Assembly (NCBI RefSeq): GCF_000007005.1
Contig: NC_002754.1
From: Saccharolobus solfataricus P2
GTDB taxonomy: Archaea > Thermoproteota > Thermoprotei_A > Sulfolobales > Sulfolobaceae
Reading direction: 5' to 3' (one strand)
Length of the DNA stretch: 64,000 bases
A program made the translations under genes and the position numbers. Below, piece by piece: positions 1 through 11,079 of the stretch (its first letter is position 1; the number at the start of each line of letters is the position of its first letter). Under the pieces are notes generated by a model. That model was given only the letters and a program-made list of their open reading frames with translations, ran no database searches and was not told where the DNA came from.

Positions 1-1854
1 TATATCTATCATAATGTAGAATGTGGTCTCCAACACTTGTTTATACTCATCCCATTTGAAGTTAAATGGTGAACCTCCATAGGACATTGCAACTTTAGGT
101 TTATAGGGTTGGCCATTCCAAGTAACTTGTCCCTTAATTGCGGCATATGATCCCGATTCTTCAAATAACGTATAAGCTCCAGCTGGTTTCTTCCCTTGTT
201 GCTTTAGAACTTGATTATAGGCATAGCTAAGTGCTGGAACACCAGTTATCCAGAATGAAGGGTTGTTATAAACATATATGATAGGAAACATGGCGAAGAA
301 AGCTCCTGGTAATTCATTGACTGGTAGTTGTTCCAATACCTCAGGCCTTTGTAATAATATACCAGGCTTCGTCTTCCCACTACTGACCATGTTATTATAA
401 GCATTTACCACTTTCTTAATACCTTCTCTATAAACTGCAGAGTACACCCAACCTCCTCTAATGTCTATGTTACCAGTTAACGCCATTATAGTTGCGTAAG
501 CTTTTCTAAATTGTACAGCTTGATCGTTGAAGAAACCTTTTAACCCGGTAATTATCGTCATTGGTTTCATTGTTGCAATTCTAAATGCTAACTCTTGAAG
601 TTGTGATAGGGGAACGTCTGCAACTTGAGCCGCGTATTCGAGCGTATAATTACTAACTTTTTGTGCTAGGAATTGGAATACTGTTTGTACTTGTTTACCA
701 TTATAAGTTAAACCTTGAGGAGCGTTTAATGCTGGCTTGATAAAATTACCATTAACGTCGTATTTATTAGTATTTGTAAACGGTGGTACCTCTATAATTT
801 GCCCACTTATCTCATCGTAAACGTAATATGCCTTTACAGTACCATCATCATAATCTTCCTCTAGTAATTTAACAACATCGTTTTCTTTATAGGCTAAGAA
901 GGGAGCATTAGTGTAATACCTTACAAACTCGTCATCATAATAGTTATTTTGGATTAAGTAGTTAATAATAGCCATGGCAATATAAAGATCAGAACCAGGT
1001 TTTGCTGGAATCCATAGATTAGCCTTAGATGCGGCTTCAGACATCCTGGGATCGATTGCTATAACATACGCACCGTTTTCTATACCTTTTGCATACCTTA
1101 TTGCCCTATTTACGAATATTCCTGCAGGGATTCCACTGGTACCCCACGCAACTATTAAAGAAGAATACGTCATATCATCCATCATATCAGTGGCATGTAG
1201 ATCGAATCCACCTATTACGAAACCTATTGGCACTTGATCACTAAATAAGCACGTTTGCATCGGAGTACCATTTATATTAGGTATTTGTGTACCTAGAGTA
1301 AACGGAATGAAATAGGGCTTATAATTTGCACATGGTATTCCACCCCCAATTAAAAGGAATTCGTATGGTTGTGGATTCAATTGTTTTATGTTCTGCATTA
1401 TGTAATTAATTGTCTCCTCCCAAGTGGCCTCTCTAAAACTCCAAGTACCTTTTGGACCAGTTCTAATTAGTGGTGTCTTAAGCCTATCTACATTGTAAGT
1501 TCTGAAAATCCCAGCTCTTCCTCTAGGGCAAACTTTACCCTCATTTAGAGGTGAAAGGGGATTACCATCGATTTCGAGAGCTCTCATATAACCATTTATA
1601 TATTCAGTTTCCACTAAAATGTCACAAGTTGACGAACAAAACGCGCATATACTGGGTACATAGGAATACTGCCAACCCGGTTGTAACTCTTCATCATTTA
1701 CGGCATCCCGTGTGACGAATATGTTAAAATTATATTTTGATGCAAAATAACCAAGCCCCATTACAAGACCGGCTGCGGCAGAAGCTTTCAAGAAGTCCCT
1801 TCTATTCAGTCTAAGACCTTTATTTTCTACCATTATGTTACTATCGTAGTTCAT
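1..1854 (-). CDS. Mo/W-bisPGD oxidoreductase catalytic subunit with Tat signal (partial, runs off left edge)
   Basis: Manually translated from ATG at 1854: [29 protein letters not shown] (twin-Arg RRDFLK), then CAFCSSTC...KVCPRG 4Fe-4S motif and DRLKTPLIR; the same frame is open at the left edge. Absent from the ORF track, presumably because its stop lies outside the window. Confidence 0.9.
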   Translation of the reverse strand, partial: MNYDSNIMVENKGLRLNRRDFLKASAAAGLVMGLGYFASKYNFNIFVTRDAVNDEELQPGWQYSYVPSICAFCSSTCDILVETEYINGYMRALEIDGNPLSPLNEGKVCPRGRAGIFRTYNVDRLKTPLIRTGPKGTWSFREATWEETINYIMQNIKQLNPQPYEFLLIGGGIPCANYKPYFIPFTLGTQIPNINGTPMQTCLFSDQVPIGFVIGGFDLHATDMMDDMTYSSLIVAWGTSGIPAGIFVNRAIRYAKGIENGAYVIAIDPRMSEAASKANLWIPAKPGSDLYIAMAIINYLIQNNYYDDEFVRYYTNAPFLAYKENDVVKLLEEDYDDGTVKAYYVYDEISGQIIEVPPFTNTNKYDVNGNFIKPALNAPQGLTYNGKQVQTVFQFLAQKVSNYTLEYAAQVADVPLSQLQELAFRIATMKPMTIITGLKGFFNDQAVQFRKAYATIMALTGNIDIRGGWVYSAVYREGIKKVVNAYNNMVSSGKTKPGILLQRPEVLEQLPVNELPGAFFAMFPIIYVYNNPSFWITGVPALSYAYNQVLKQQGKKPAGAYTLFEESGSYAAIKGQVTWNGQPYKPKVAMSYGGSPFNFKWDEYKQVLETTFYIMIDI

Positions 1855-2129
1855 ACTTAAAAATTTTTAGAAAAAATGAGAAAAACGATAATTACAATAA
1901 TTAAATAAGACCATTAGATCGAAAATTCTTAAAAAATTGAATTATCTATATAAATTAAATTTCATATAAAAGATTAAATTGATCAGACGTCATTAATGTA
2001 GGAAATTTAATTCATACATTAGATTTATTTTGATGCTAAATTGCTTAAAAGTGAAAAATAGTACTATAATATTATTTTTCCAATGTTATTTCAAGTAAAA
2101 CTTAAATTTTTGAAACTTGAATAGACCAT

Positions 2130-4016
2130 ATGGAATATGAGACTATACTCAAGTTGTTCTCTCTTGTTTACATTATTATAATGATGACAATTGATTTTTG
2201 GATATTTGGTTTGATTTTAAGAAGAGAATACGTAAGGGTTAAGGGTTTGTTAATAATTCTTTCGATAGTATTGATGATGGGTTTGGAAAGTTTAGCGTTA
2301 GCTCAGCTTAATGTATTACTTTTCATATCTGGAATGCTTCTAGTATTGATACCTCTGTTTATATCATTCCTAATAAAGGACCATAGTATTAACGTTAATA
2401 GAAATTGGAAATATGGGTTATTATTATCATCGGTTATAGTTTTCGATGAGTTAGCAATGGGTTATCTTTATGGTAATTACTTCACTCCCTTACCTAATCC
2501 TTTACTTACCGCGATTAATAATCCAGCCTATGGTGCCATGATGTTAGGTGATGCGATTTTCTTCCTCTATATATTGAGGAGAAGAAGCATTATGGAGTTC
2601 GCTATAACCACATTTGCCATTTCCATGGCTTTCATGCCCTCCCTTTATTTGATGGATAGAATGCTTGAGTTCATAATGTCAATTTTGACCTCACTTTTTA
2701 TGATAGTAAACATCGTGTTGTTATACTTAACAGAAATGAGAATGTTAACATTTCAAGGACAATTAGTTGCGATCTCTCTATCCTTGTTCAATCTCCTAAT
2801 GATGCTCGGTTTAACCTTTTTTGCTTCACTTAGCAACTTATATTTCCTTACCCTATCTATGATTGCGTCAATGGTTTGGTACTTCTTTTTGATATTTTAC
2901 AATGTTCCTGCTAAGAAAATCTCACCTAAACCTTTCCTCTTCCTTGTATTAGTAAACTTAACAGAATTGGCAATGGGTTTTGGAGAGAGTGTATTAGGGT
3001 TTAATCTGACTAACTCACTCTTCGTTAATACGATGAACTGCGAGATGATGATAGGTTCACATATGATGAGATCGCCTTTCAATAATCCGTTTTGGTGGTT
3101 ATTCCCAATTAATCCTTTAACAATGATTACTATGACAATAATGAAGTACAATTTACTTGGTAAACTAGTGATGGTACCATTCATGACTATAATGACAACT
3201 ACCATGGCCCCATTTTACGTAATAATGATGGGCGCTGAGATGAGTTATTTAGTTTATGAGAGGTTTAAGAAAGTTAAGACAAGATATTTAAAGGCGTGGA
3301 CTTTAGGTATTCTAACCGGGATACCAATATTCGTAGTTTTGATCCCTTACTATACAAACTATTATATTTTCGGAATGAGTGGTATGATATTTCCCGTGAC
3401 TTTAGCACCTTTCGTAATTTCCCTAGTCGTTATTGCATTATTTTCAACATTATTTGGCAGGGGTGTTTATTGTAACCTTGTTTGTATGTCCGCTCACATG
3501 TGGTCTAATGTGTTCTATGAACAATTTTCAGCTAAGAAAAACAGTAAGTTTTGGGACTACTTGAGGTGGATTTTTCTCGTGCCATTGATCATCGCATTTT
3601 ACCTTTTCGTGATGATGGGTTTAGGGAAAATTAAGCTTCCTATTGATCCCTTAGACTTTTACGGTATGTTTACGTTAAACTACATATGGTGGTTCTTTTA
3701 CTTTTTAACTCCAATTTTTGGAATATATTCATGTGCTAGGCAAGGCTGGTGTGGTTTCGGCACTTTCAATGGAATATTTAACAAGGTGTTGTTTAAGATT
3801 AGGGCCAAAGACGTTAATACTTGCAAAGAATGCGTTAGTAAGGAATGTGATACTTCTTGCCCAGTTAAGATACCTATTAGTAACGATATTTTGAAAAAAG
3901 GTTATTCTAATAGGATAAGTTGTATTGTATGTGCTAGGTGTGTCGATGCTTGTGACAATGTTGAAATTGTTAATGTTGTAACTATTCTGAAAAATAGAGA
4001 AAGTAAAAGTTTTTAA
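2130..4016 (+). CDS. Polytopic membrane protein with C-terminal 4Fe-4S (NapH/MauN-like) domain
   Basis: Many hydrophobic segments; Cys clusters GVYCNLVC, SCARQGWC, CKECVSKECDTSCP, CIVCARCVDAC. Confidence 0.8.
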   Translation: MEYETILKLFSLVYIIIMMTIDFWIFGLILRREYVRVKGLLIILSIVLMMGLESLALAQLNVLLFISGMLLVLIPLFISFLIKDHSINVNRNWKYGLLLSSVIVFDELAMGYLYGNYFTPLPNPLLTAINNPAYGAMMLGDAIFFLYILRRRSIMEFAITTFAISMAFMPSLYLMDRMLEFIMSILTSLFMIVNIVLLYLTEMRMLTFQGQLVAISLSLFNLLMMLGLTFFASLSNLYFLTLSMIASMVWYFFLIFYNVPAKKISPKPFLFLVLVNLTELAMGFGESVLGFNLTNSLFVNTMNCEMMIGSHMMRSPFNNPFWWLFPINPLTMITMTIMKYNLLGKLVMVPFMTIMTTTMAPFYVIMMGAEMSYLVYERFKKVKTRYLKAWTLGILTGIPIFVVLIPYYTNYYIFGMSGMIFPVTLAPFVISLVVIALFSTLFGRGVYCNLVCMSAHMWSNVFYEQFSAKKNSKFWDYLRWIFLVPLIIAFYLFVMMGLGKIKLPIDPLDFYGMFTLNYIWWFFYFLTPIFGIYSCARQGWCGFGTFNGIFNKVLFKIRAKDVNTCKECVSKECDTSCPVKIPISNDILKKGYSNRISCIVCARCVDACDNVEIVNVVTILKNRESKSF

Positions 4017-4038
4017 ATTAGTAATTAGAATATCTTAT

Positions 4039-4932
4039 ATGTCACAACAGAATACGGAATTGGAAGGAATAGGAAAATTAAGGAGCGGCTCCCTCTTTAT
4101 GATACTTGCCGTGTTACTTGCCGCAATAGGAATTCTAGTAATTATATCTGCAGGTATGCTCGGTGGTATGTTTTCCGCTGCGAGCGGTAACGTTAGCGGA
4201 GTAATCGCCAGTGGTATTGGCCTTTTAGTAGGAATTGCTATAGTAATACTAATTGGCGCTATTATAGGGCTAATAGGTATATTGAGAATAAGGAGTGGTT
4301 TCGGTATTTTGAAAAGCCTAGGTAGAGATGTAGGAATAGGTGAAATTGGAACTACCCTCTATCTAGTGGGACTAATTATTATCATTATTGGAGCATTGCT
4401 TACAATTGTATTGATAGGATTCCCAATATTGATTTTAGGAGAAATAATAGCGCTGATTGGTGGGATATTAATTGGTATAGGGTTTTACAAGGTTGGTGAA
4501 ATATATAATGAGGGATTAGTTAAGATTGGTGGGATATTAATAGTAATACCCATAGATCTTATTAATTTCGTCGGCTTTATTTTGGCATATGTAGGTCTAG
4601 GTAAAGTAAGACCGTTACCAACTGTTGCACAGCAACCTTTAGTTCCCCAAGTTTATCAAGTGGGTCAAGGGACTATAAGGAATAATGGCTATGCTTATAT
4701 TACATTATACTCATCAACCCCAGCTAGCATTATATCTGCGAAAATTGAGGGTGCGAATATTATGTCAAGTGCAATAAATCCTACTGTATTGCAAATCGGT
4801 AATAATGAGGTAACAATATTCTTTGGAAATGTTCAATCATTAGCTCCAAATACTACTTACATTATAACACTAACGATAAACATTGGAGGGAATATAATTA
4901 ACATATCTACAACAGCCGTTTATCAACCATAA
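4039..4932 (+). CDS. DUF973-like membrane protein
   Basis: Gly/Ile-rich TM repeats (GIGKLRSG, LRIRSGF) plus a beta-rich C-terminal domain typical of this Sulfolobales family. Confidence 0.7.
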   Translation: MSQQNTELEGIGKLRSGSLFMILAVLLAAIGILVIISAGMLGGMFSAASGNVSGVIASGIGLLVGIAIVILIGAIIGLIGILRIRSGFGILKSLGRDVGIGEIGTTLYLVGLIIIIIGALLTIVLIGFPILILGEIIALIGGILIGIGFYKVGEIYNEGLVKIGGILIVIPIDLINFVGFILAYVGLGKVRPLPTVAQQPLVPQVYQVGQGTIRNNGYAYITLYSSTPASIISAKIEGANIMSSAINPTVLQIGNNEVTIFFGNVQSLAPNTTYIITLTINIGGNIINISTTAVYQP

Positions 4933-5060
4933 TTTAATAAATAAGTGGAATTTTTAATTTTTTACGTAATGAATTCCTGATACAAATCCCTTTAGCCAAT
5001 CTCTTTCAATATGATATTTGGATAAAGCTTATTAAATCAGCACATGAAATTGCTATAGCC

Positions 5061-6560
5061 ATGAGACCTAAAATGTTACTCTTAATTCCTATACTCCTTT
5101 CCCTACCAACACTTGCTCTTGCTGCTAACTCTTCATCACCTTCACTCTACGTAATGTATCAACAATATTCATCAACACTCCAGATTACCCCATCTCATAT
5201 AACGTACAAATACTCGTCAAGTTTTTATAACACTACAACGTCCTCAACCAATGACGAGAGGACAATAAAATACAATAGTAACTCATTTAATGTAAATGTA
5301 GGTCCCTTAACTAATTATACGGGAAAAGTAAGCGTAAATGTAAGCCCGTTCAGTATAAGTATTACATCACAAATACCGCAATTAGCTAGAGTGTTACTAA
5401 TTGAACCAGGGTTAATAGAAGAGGTAGTATGGGCTGGTTTTACAAATACTACAACCACGGTGAAGGGACTGACGTATTTTAACAATACTGCAACTCTAGT
5501 ATTACAGTTCCTAAATGGTAGTAATTTCGCCAATATAACATTTACAATATCACACACTCAAACAACGTATCAAAAGGCGTTAACGCTATTATTACATAAG
5601 GTTAACTTAACGATGACTGGAGAATATCAGCTTACTTTAACTATACAAGGAACACAACCGCAGAGGTATAGTAAGATGGAGTTCAATTATGAAGGGATAA
5701 GGGCTCAAGCACCTTACAATACTTCAATAGCCTATTATAATGGGACCTACGTTCCCGCAATGATATGGAGTAGTAAAGCCAGTGGACTTTTGGCTACTGA
5801 GCTTACGAATTTACAAGGTATTGTGGAGTTCACTGATATTGAATTCTTTGGTGTAAATGGTAGTGTTGTAGGATCTCTGGATAATACTTTCTCCTCAATC
5901 TACTTTACTCATCAAGGTTTTATATTAAACATAACGTATAATAGTTTAAATTCTAGAATAAAAATTGTTATTAATCCAAATGCAGAGTACGCTAAAGCCT
6001 CAGTAGCTACTACTGTCTTAGTCAACGGAAATCCTGCAGTTGTAGTTATTACTGATCAAGGAGTAGAGAGTACTGCAACTGTTAACTTATACCACAAGGT
6101 TATGGTATTTGGCCCAACAACCCTAATTTACGTTAATACTACATCCAGTGGAGCATATATTACCATATTCCCTAATGGATCTTACGAGTATGTAAGCCAA
6201 GTAGAGCCTAGTGTTACAGTTTCAAATATTACTTTAGGAGGAAAAACCTATACTACACAGATCGTTAACATTAACAATAGTTCAAATTACGTGATATTTA
6301 ACGTTAGTATGGCAAAGAATGAGACGTTTGCCGTTTTTAAACAAGGTAGTAATGGAATGGTTGAATTGAATCCAAATAATTATTTTATCTATAACGGAAA
6401 GATTGTGGTGTTTGACGATCCTTCAATGACTTATTACATAGTATATGGATATCAACCATCTTCTCAGTCATTTAGTATCTCCAGTAATCTACTTCTTCCC
6501 ATAATTATTGCGATAGTATTTATAGTAGTTGTAGCGATATTAGCATTAAGGAGAAGATAA
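5061..6560 (+). CDS. Secreted, C-terminally membrane-anchored surface glycoprotein
   Basis: Signal peptide, Ser/Thr/Asn-rich body with many N-x-S/T sequons, C-terminal TM helix ending LRRR. Confidence 0.75.
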   Translation: MRPKMLLLIPILLSLPTLALAANSSSPSLYVMYQQYSSTLQITPSHITYKYSSSFYNTTTSSTNDERTIKYNSNSFNVNVGPLTNYTGKVSVNVSPFSISITSQIPQLARVLLIEPGLIEEVVWAGFTNTTTTVKGLTYFNNTATLVLQFLNGSNFANITFTISHTQTTYQKALTLLLHKVNLTMTGEYQLTLTIQGTQPQRYSKMEFNYEGIRAQAPYNTSIAYYNGTYVPAMIWSSKASGLLATELTNLQGIVEFTDIEFFGVNGSVVGSLDNTFSSIYFTHQGFILNITYNSLNSRIKIVINPNAEYAKASVATTVLVNGNPAVVVITDQGVESTATVNLYHKVMVFGPTTLIYVNTTSSGAYITIFPNGSYEYVSQVEPSVTVSNITLGGKTYTTQIVNINNSSNYVIFNVSMAKNETFAVFKQGSNGMVELNPNNYFIYNGKIVVFDDPSMTYYIVYGYQPSSQSFSISSNLLLPIIIAIVFIVVVAILALRRR

Positions 6561-6609
6561 TTTTTATTTCCTATTTATTATGAATTTTAGTCATAACAGA
6601 TTTGGATCG

Positions 6610-6880
6610 TATTTAAAGATTTGGGATTACATCTCTCATCTGGTGGGCAGTCGAGTGGATCAGAGATCCACTCCCATTCGAATAGGGGACTTTCATCCAT
6701 AACGTCTAGTCCCTTAAGAGATACTAGATACTCCTCCCACAGTCCCATTAAGCCCTCAATCGAGCTGGGGAGGAGCATCATTAACATCACTAAAAGAATT
6801 TCAGAAAAAAGGATTATTTAAATATAAGGGGGCTATCCATCCCCGCTGGCGAGGCTTTCCGCCCCTTAACCTCCAATTTT
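6610..6880 (+). mobile_element. IS200/IS605-family right-end remnant
   Basis: Ends in ggggctatccatccccgc-tggcgaggctttccgcccc-ttaacctccaatttttgtaa; the distal part recurs at about 20298 and 54398. Confidence 0.55.
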
Positions 6881-6889
6881 TGTAAAGCA

Positions 6890-7741
6890 TTAAGCTAATG
6901 TATACAAGGTATCAATTAGATCCTCCATCTTCACTGAATACACTTCCATCTTACCTTGTCCTTTGGCGGAAATTATCAGAGATAATGCCTCAAAACCCGC
7001 TTTTACATTACTATCGGATCTGCAAATCGCCCTTTTCATGTCCTTATTTTGAACTATAATGTTACAATTTACTTTACCAAAGTTTACCTTAATGAGACCT
7101 AAATCTAGCTGAGATACCATCTCGTTAATCTTACTTAATATACTAGTAGCATCTCCACTGAACTCAAATAATGGTGTTAGCGATAATCCTTGTGTCGTTT
7201 TTTCTTTATCAGTTTCTTTATTAGTTAAACTCCTAATAATGTCTCCATATAATGATGGGAAATATACTCTTGCGTAAGTTGCGAAATGGTCTTCTACTAT
7301 ATGCTTTGCGAAATCAACGGCTGACTTTCCTAACATTTTATCTAATAGCGAATCGTTATACTTTACATTCGTCGCAACGTATAGCCTTGTCTGAGTATCT
7401 CCTAAACTTTTTGGCATAAATTCTATTGTAAACTCCAATTTTCCATCATCAGACATACCAGAATATTTTATGCTTTGCATGGTAACTTTCGGCCCATTGA
7501 AAATCCCCTCAGTGTATTTGAAGTCTTTATTGGTTCTCAATAATATGTACAGAGCTATGAACTCGTCTGTGGGTGCTGATAATTCCCTAATTCTATCTCC
7601 CATGATATACTCATCCTTTTGTTTATCCTTAAATTTTAAAATGGAAATATGTCCACTAACTCCACTAATAAACAGAGGATCCATAAGGAATTTTCTCACG
7701 ATCCAAATAGGGGAATTTAATGTCAATTCTGTGCTGTACAT
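6890..7741 (-). CDS. Hypothetical protein, possible N-terminal SRPBCC/CoxG-like fold
   Basis: 283-aa ORF; fold is a weak guess from the N-terminal pattern. Confidence 0.5.
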   Translation of the reverse strand: MYSTELTLNSPIWIVRKFLMDPLFISGVSGHISILKFKDKQKDEYIMGDRIRELSAPTDEFIALYILLRTNKDFKYTEGIFNGPKVTMQSIKYSGMSDDGKLEFTIEFMPKSLGDTQTRLYVATNVKYNDSLLDKMLGKSAVDFAKHIVEDHFATYARVYFPSLYGDIIRSLTNKETDKEKTTQGLSLTPLFEFSGDATSILSKINEMVSQLDLGLIKVNFGKVNCNIIVQNKDMKRAICRSDSNVKAGFEALSLIISAKGQGKMEVYSVKMEDLIDTLYTLA

Positions 7742-7919
7742 TCATGGTCATCACAACTTCTTAATATGTCTATTTAAATCTTTTCCAGTTTAGTTTTCGA
7801 CTTATTTTTAATTTTTATAGAAAGTTTATCGATAAGCTATAGAGTCTTTTTCGATAGGTAGATATATATTGTTAGGAATTTATACATTTCTACCGATCTC
7901 AAATATTATGATTTTTAAA

Positions 7920-8831
7920 TTAATATAATATAAGAAATATTATAGCAATTATTGTACTAATAGGTGTTAATATTAAGGTGGATTTCACTATGATTTCTGT
8001 GCCAAAACCATAAACTCTAGCCCAAACCACGTTTGTTATTGCTGGAGCCATAATCGCTGTTACCATAACTTGCTCGATAATTATCTTGGAAGTGATACCT
8101 AGAGAAATTAAGATAAGAAATATTAGGATTGGGCTAATAAGAATTCTTGATATATAAATTATCATGTAAGGCTTTGACGTAACATCTTTAATCCTCATTT
8201 CACCAATTACTCTTCTTATTTGATAACCGAATTCATAAAGTACTATTAAGATGAGAATCAAATTTATTGTATTAACGATGTCAACGTTTATAACTGAGCC
8301 TACAACATAATGTAAACTACCACCTATTAGAAAAGTTATTACAGGGAGATATCTTGAAAGATTTGTTCTTATTATTGAATTATTTGTAGTATTGTGTATC
8401 ACGCTTATACCCTTGTTTAAATACGTAAAAATTATCATCACTATCGGTAGCCTTAATGTAGCCATCGCCACTGCAACCGTTGCAGAGATTTCATAATTCC
8501 CCCTAAACGCTAGGAGTATTGAGAAAGGTAAATTAATTGTATTCATGAAGATTGAGTTTATTAAAACAGACCCTCTACTAAATGGTTCGATTTCTCTGGT
8601 TAAGTATAAAACTATCACAAACATTAAGAAATTATAAATTACAGAGGTTAGGAAAATCTTAGCGTCACTTACCTCAAAACCCCTCTGAAGATATGTGACG
8701 AGAAATATCAAAGGTAAGTTTATCCAGTTGTTTACAAAACTTACTATTCTCACGGATAACCTATTGTGAAGGAAATACCCTAAAATTGCTGACAACACTA
8801 GAAAGAGGCCTTGAAGCTGAAATATATCCAC
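7920..8831 (-). CDS. AEC-family (malate/auxin efflux-like) permease
   Basis: About 10 TM segments; FMNTINLPFS and MAPAITNVVWARVYG motifs. Confidence 0.7.
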   Translation of the reverse strand: MDIFQLQGLFLVLSAILGYFLHNRLSVRIVSFVNNWINLPLIFLVTYLQRGFEVSDAKIFLTSVIYNFLMFVIVLYLTREIEPFSRGSVLINSIFMNTINLPFSILLAFRGNYEISATVAVAMATLRLPIVMIIFTYLNKGISVIHNTTNNSIIRTNLSRYLPVITFLIGGSLHYVVGSVINVDIVNTINLILILIVLYEFGYQIRRVIGEMRIKDVTSKPYMIIYISRILISPILIFLILISLGITSKIIIEQVMVTAIMAPAITNVVWARVYGFGTEIIVKSTLILTPISTIIAIIFLILY

Positions 8832-9099
8832 TTTATAGGTACAATAGCAACAACTTTTATTTTTTATCTCAATAAGGCTAACGGATGTCCTTACACAATA
8901 AGAATGTGTAAAACATCAGAAAAATACCGCAATACTTCAAGTTTTAACGTAAACCATATGTAGTTCACTAAGGGGAAGTTGACTAGAAGTCATTATAACG
9001 TAGTAACATTAAACTATCCAAGAGTTCACATATACCGAATCGGAAGCGCATATAAAGAGAAGAGATAACGAAAATAGTTGAGTGTATCGAAAGTGTCAT

Positions 9100-9590
9100 C
9101 ATTAAGCTATTTATATTTATATATTGAGTATTACTTATGGATAGGAAACCCGTAACTAGCAGGATATTTCTTGCCCCTCTTGTGGTTCTCATCATGTAGT
9201 TAAGTGTGGTAGGCCTTTGGGTAGGCAGAGGTATTTGTGTAGAGATTGCGGTAGGTACTTCTTGGTGGGTGATACTTCTAATCATCATTATCATGAAAAG
9301 CCTAGGGAGGAGAATTTGAGGATGCTAACGGTATGAGTATGAGGGCTATTTCCGCTTTAAACGTTCCCTTGGATACTGTGTTCACTTTGATTAAGCATCA
9401 TGGTAGAAAAAGGTATAAGAAGTTAGTCCAGTTATGGAGTAAGGCTAAGGAGTTGGTCAAAGGTAGAAGTACTGGAAAGATTGTAGTTGAGATGTGGACT
9501 TACTTGTTTACGAATACTAGGGCTTTTTATAAGTGGGAGTTTAGTGATGGTTAAGTACTCACTAGTCCTAGTATTGTGAGATAGGGCTAT
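9100..9590 (+). pseudogene. IS1-family (ISC1173-like) transposase remnant
   Basis: Frameshifted SCPSCGSHHVVKCGRPLGRQRYLCRDCGRYF Zn ribbon, MSMRAIS HTH and EMWTYL DDE start. Confidence 0.8.
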
Positions 9591-9672
9591 CCCTAAATTT
9601 ATAACATAATGACGACACTATGAACACACTCAAATAGTTTCAAGTTAAACTTTTAAACTCATTCTGATATAG

Positions 9673-9695
9673 TTGTTATATGACAAATATAACAA
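9673..9695. promoter_or_regulatory. Perfect 9-bp inverted repeat over the start codon of the GntR gene; candidate autoregulatory operator
   Basis: ttgttatat-gacaa-atataacaa; TATA-like ttttaaa at 9651-9657 about 29 nt upstream of ATG 9680 (leaderless geometry). Confidence 0.55.
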
Positions 9696-10033
9696 TTCGA
9701 ATAGACCTCAACTCCAAAAAGCAGATCTACGAACAGATAGCTAATCAAATAATTGAACTAATAGCTAAGGGAGTATTAAATCCTGGAGATCCTTTACCCT
9801 CAGTTAGGGAAATGGCTGCAATGTTAAGTGTGAATATGTTAACCGTGGAGAAGGCATACAAATATCTGGAAGGTGAAGGATTTGTAACCGTTTACAAGAA
9901 GAGATTCGTAGTCAAGACTGATATAAGGGATGAGAAGTGGAAGGAATTGATGAAAGAAGCCGTTTATAGGGCTTTGGCTGGTGGCGCTAAAAGGGATGAG
10001 ATTCTCTTCTTTATATCAGCTTTGTTGAGGTGA
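9680..10033 (+). CDS. ytrA: GntR-family regulator, YtrA subfamily
   Basis: IYEQIANQI...PGDPLPSVREMAAMLSVNMLTVEKAYKYLE wHTH with short C-terminus. Confidence 0.85.
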   Translation: MTNITIRIDLNSKKQIYEQIANQIIELIAKGVLNPGDPLPSVREMAAMLSVNMLTVEKAYKYLEGEGFVTVYKKRFVVKTDIRDEKWKELMKEAVYRALAGGAKRDEILFFISALLR

Positions 10034-11073
10034 AAAACATGACACTTTTAGATATAATCATTTACGTGGAGTTCACATTTCTCTTTATCAATTTATTCCT
10101 ATTACCTAACTTACAACCTCCAGATATCCTCCTTGGGGCCAGGGTAACTACGGAGTTTAAAAAGAATAAGGGCAAGGATATAGTTAATAAGTATAGATTA
10201 TCCCTAATTGGTTTAACGTTGCTATCCCTTTTGCTTTATTATTTCGTAAGCTTTATTTCAGTTTTCATTTACGTTATTCTCCTTTTATTAAACGTTGTTT
10301 ATTGGAGGAGGATTGTGATAAGACGTAGGGGGAGTCTACCGGTGGCTTCTTCCAGATATGCTGTAATTGACACCAAAAAGAAGGAAAGTAGAAAGTGGAT
10401 AATTACTTTCATAGTAGCGTGGGGGATCTTGATATTTACATTGGTTTTTGGATCCCTAGTATACTCCTCTGCACCTAAATTACTTCCTACTCACGTTGGT
10501 CCTACTGGTACAACTTTTCTCGTTAAGACTCCATTAAACTTTTATAAGGTCGAAATAATTAATACTGTCGTTTTAGGGTTATTAACAGTACTGGGAGTCT
10601 TCATTACAAGAACTACTAACGTAATTAACCCAGCATATCCAGATAGAAGCTATTACGCATTTCTTAAATTTAAGGAAGAAGTAGGAATTATTGCAGGGAT
10701 TGTTGGAGTCTTTATGACTTCACTATATACTACAATATCGCTCTTCATATGGACAATAATAAACTTAAGCGAACTTGAAGTTTTTATAATCTTTCTCATA
10801 TCTATGCTCTTCACAGTTATCATAGTTTACGTGCTTAGAATTGGTATTGAAGGTGCTAGATATCTAAGAGATGTTATAGCTAATGATAACTTACTTAATG
10901 ACGATAAATATTGGAAGGGAGGAATAATATATGTTAACCCAAAAGACCCGAGAATATGGGTTCCAAAAAGAAATGGTTTAGGTTACACATTAAATTTCGG
11001 TCATGGAATTTCAATTTTGATTATCCTAGCCGTAGTTTTTGCTGTAATAACTACAATAATCCTTGTTAGGTGA
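10030..11073 (+). CDS. DUF1648/DUF5808 membrane protein
   Basis: C-terminal DDKYWKGGIIYVNPKDPRIWVPKRNGLGYTLNFGH motif; overlaps ytrA stop by 4 nt. Confidence 0.8.
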   Translation: MKNMTLLDIIIYVEFTFLFINLFLLPNLQPPDILLGARVTTEFKKNKGKDIVNKYRLSLIGLTLLSLLLYYFVSFISVFIYVILLLLNVVYWRRIVIRRRGSLPVASSRYAVIDTKKKESRKWIITFIVAWGILIFTLVFGSLVYSSAPKLLPTHVGPTGTTFLVKTPLNFYKVEIINTVVLGLLTVLGVFITRTTNVINPAYPDRSYYAFLKFKEEVGIIAGIVGVFMTSLYTTISLFIWTIINLSELEVFIIFLISMLFTVIIVYVLRIGIEGARYLRDVIANDNLLNDDKYWKGGIIYVNPKDPRIWVPKRNGLGYTLNFGHGISILIILAVVFAVITTIILVR

Positions 11074-11079
11074 TGGAGA

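Noticed and set aside
2897-3205. Antisense/shadow ORFs in the track (e.g. 2897-3205, 5315-5557, 7470-7793, 12328-12930, 54794-55252, 56438-56779, 58433-58906)
   Set aside because: They lie opposite well-supported genes and have no motifs of their own.
6621-6821. 66-67 aa ORFs on both strands
   Set aside because: They lie within a mobile-element end remnant and have no recognisable domain.
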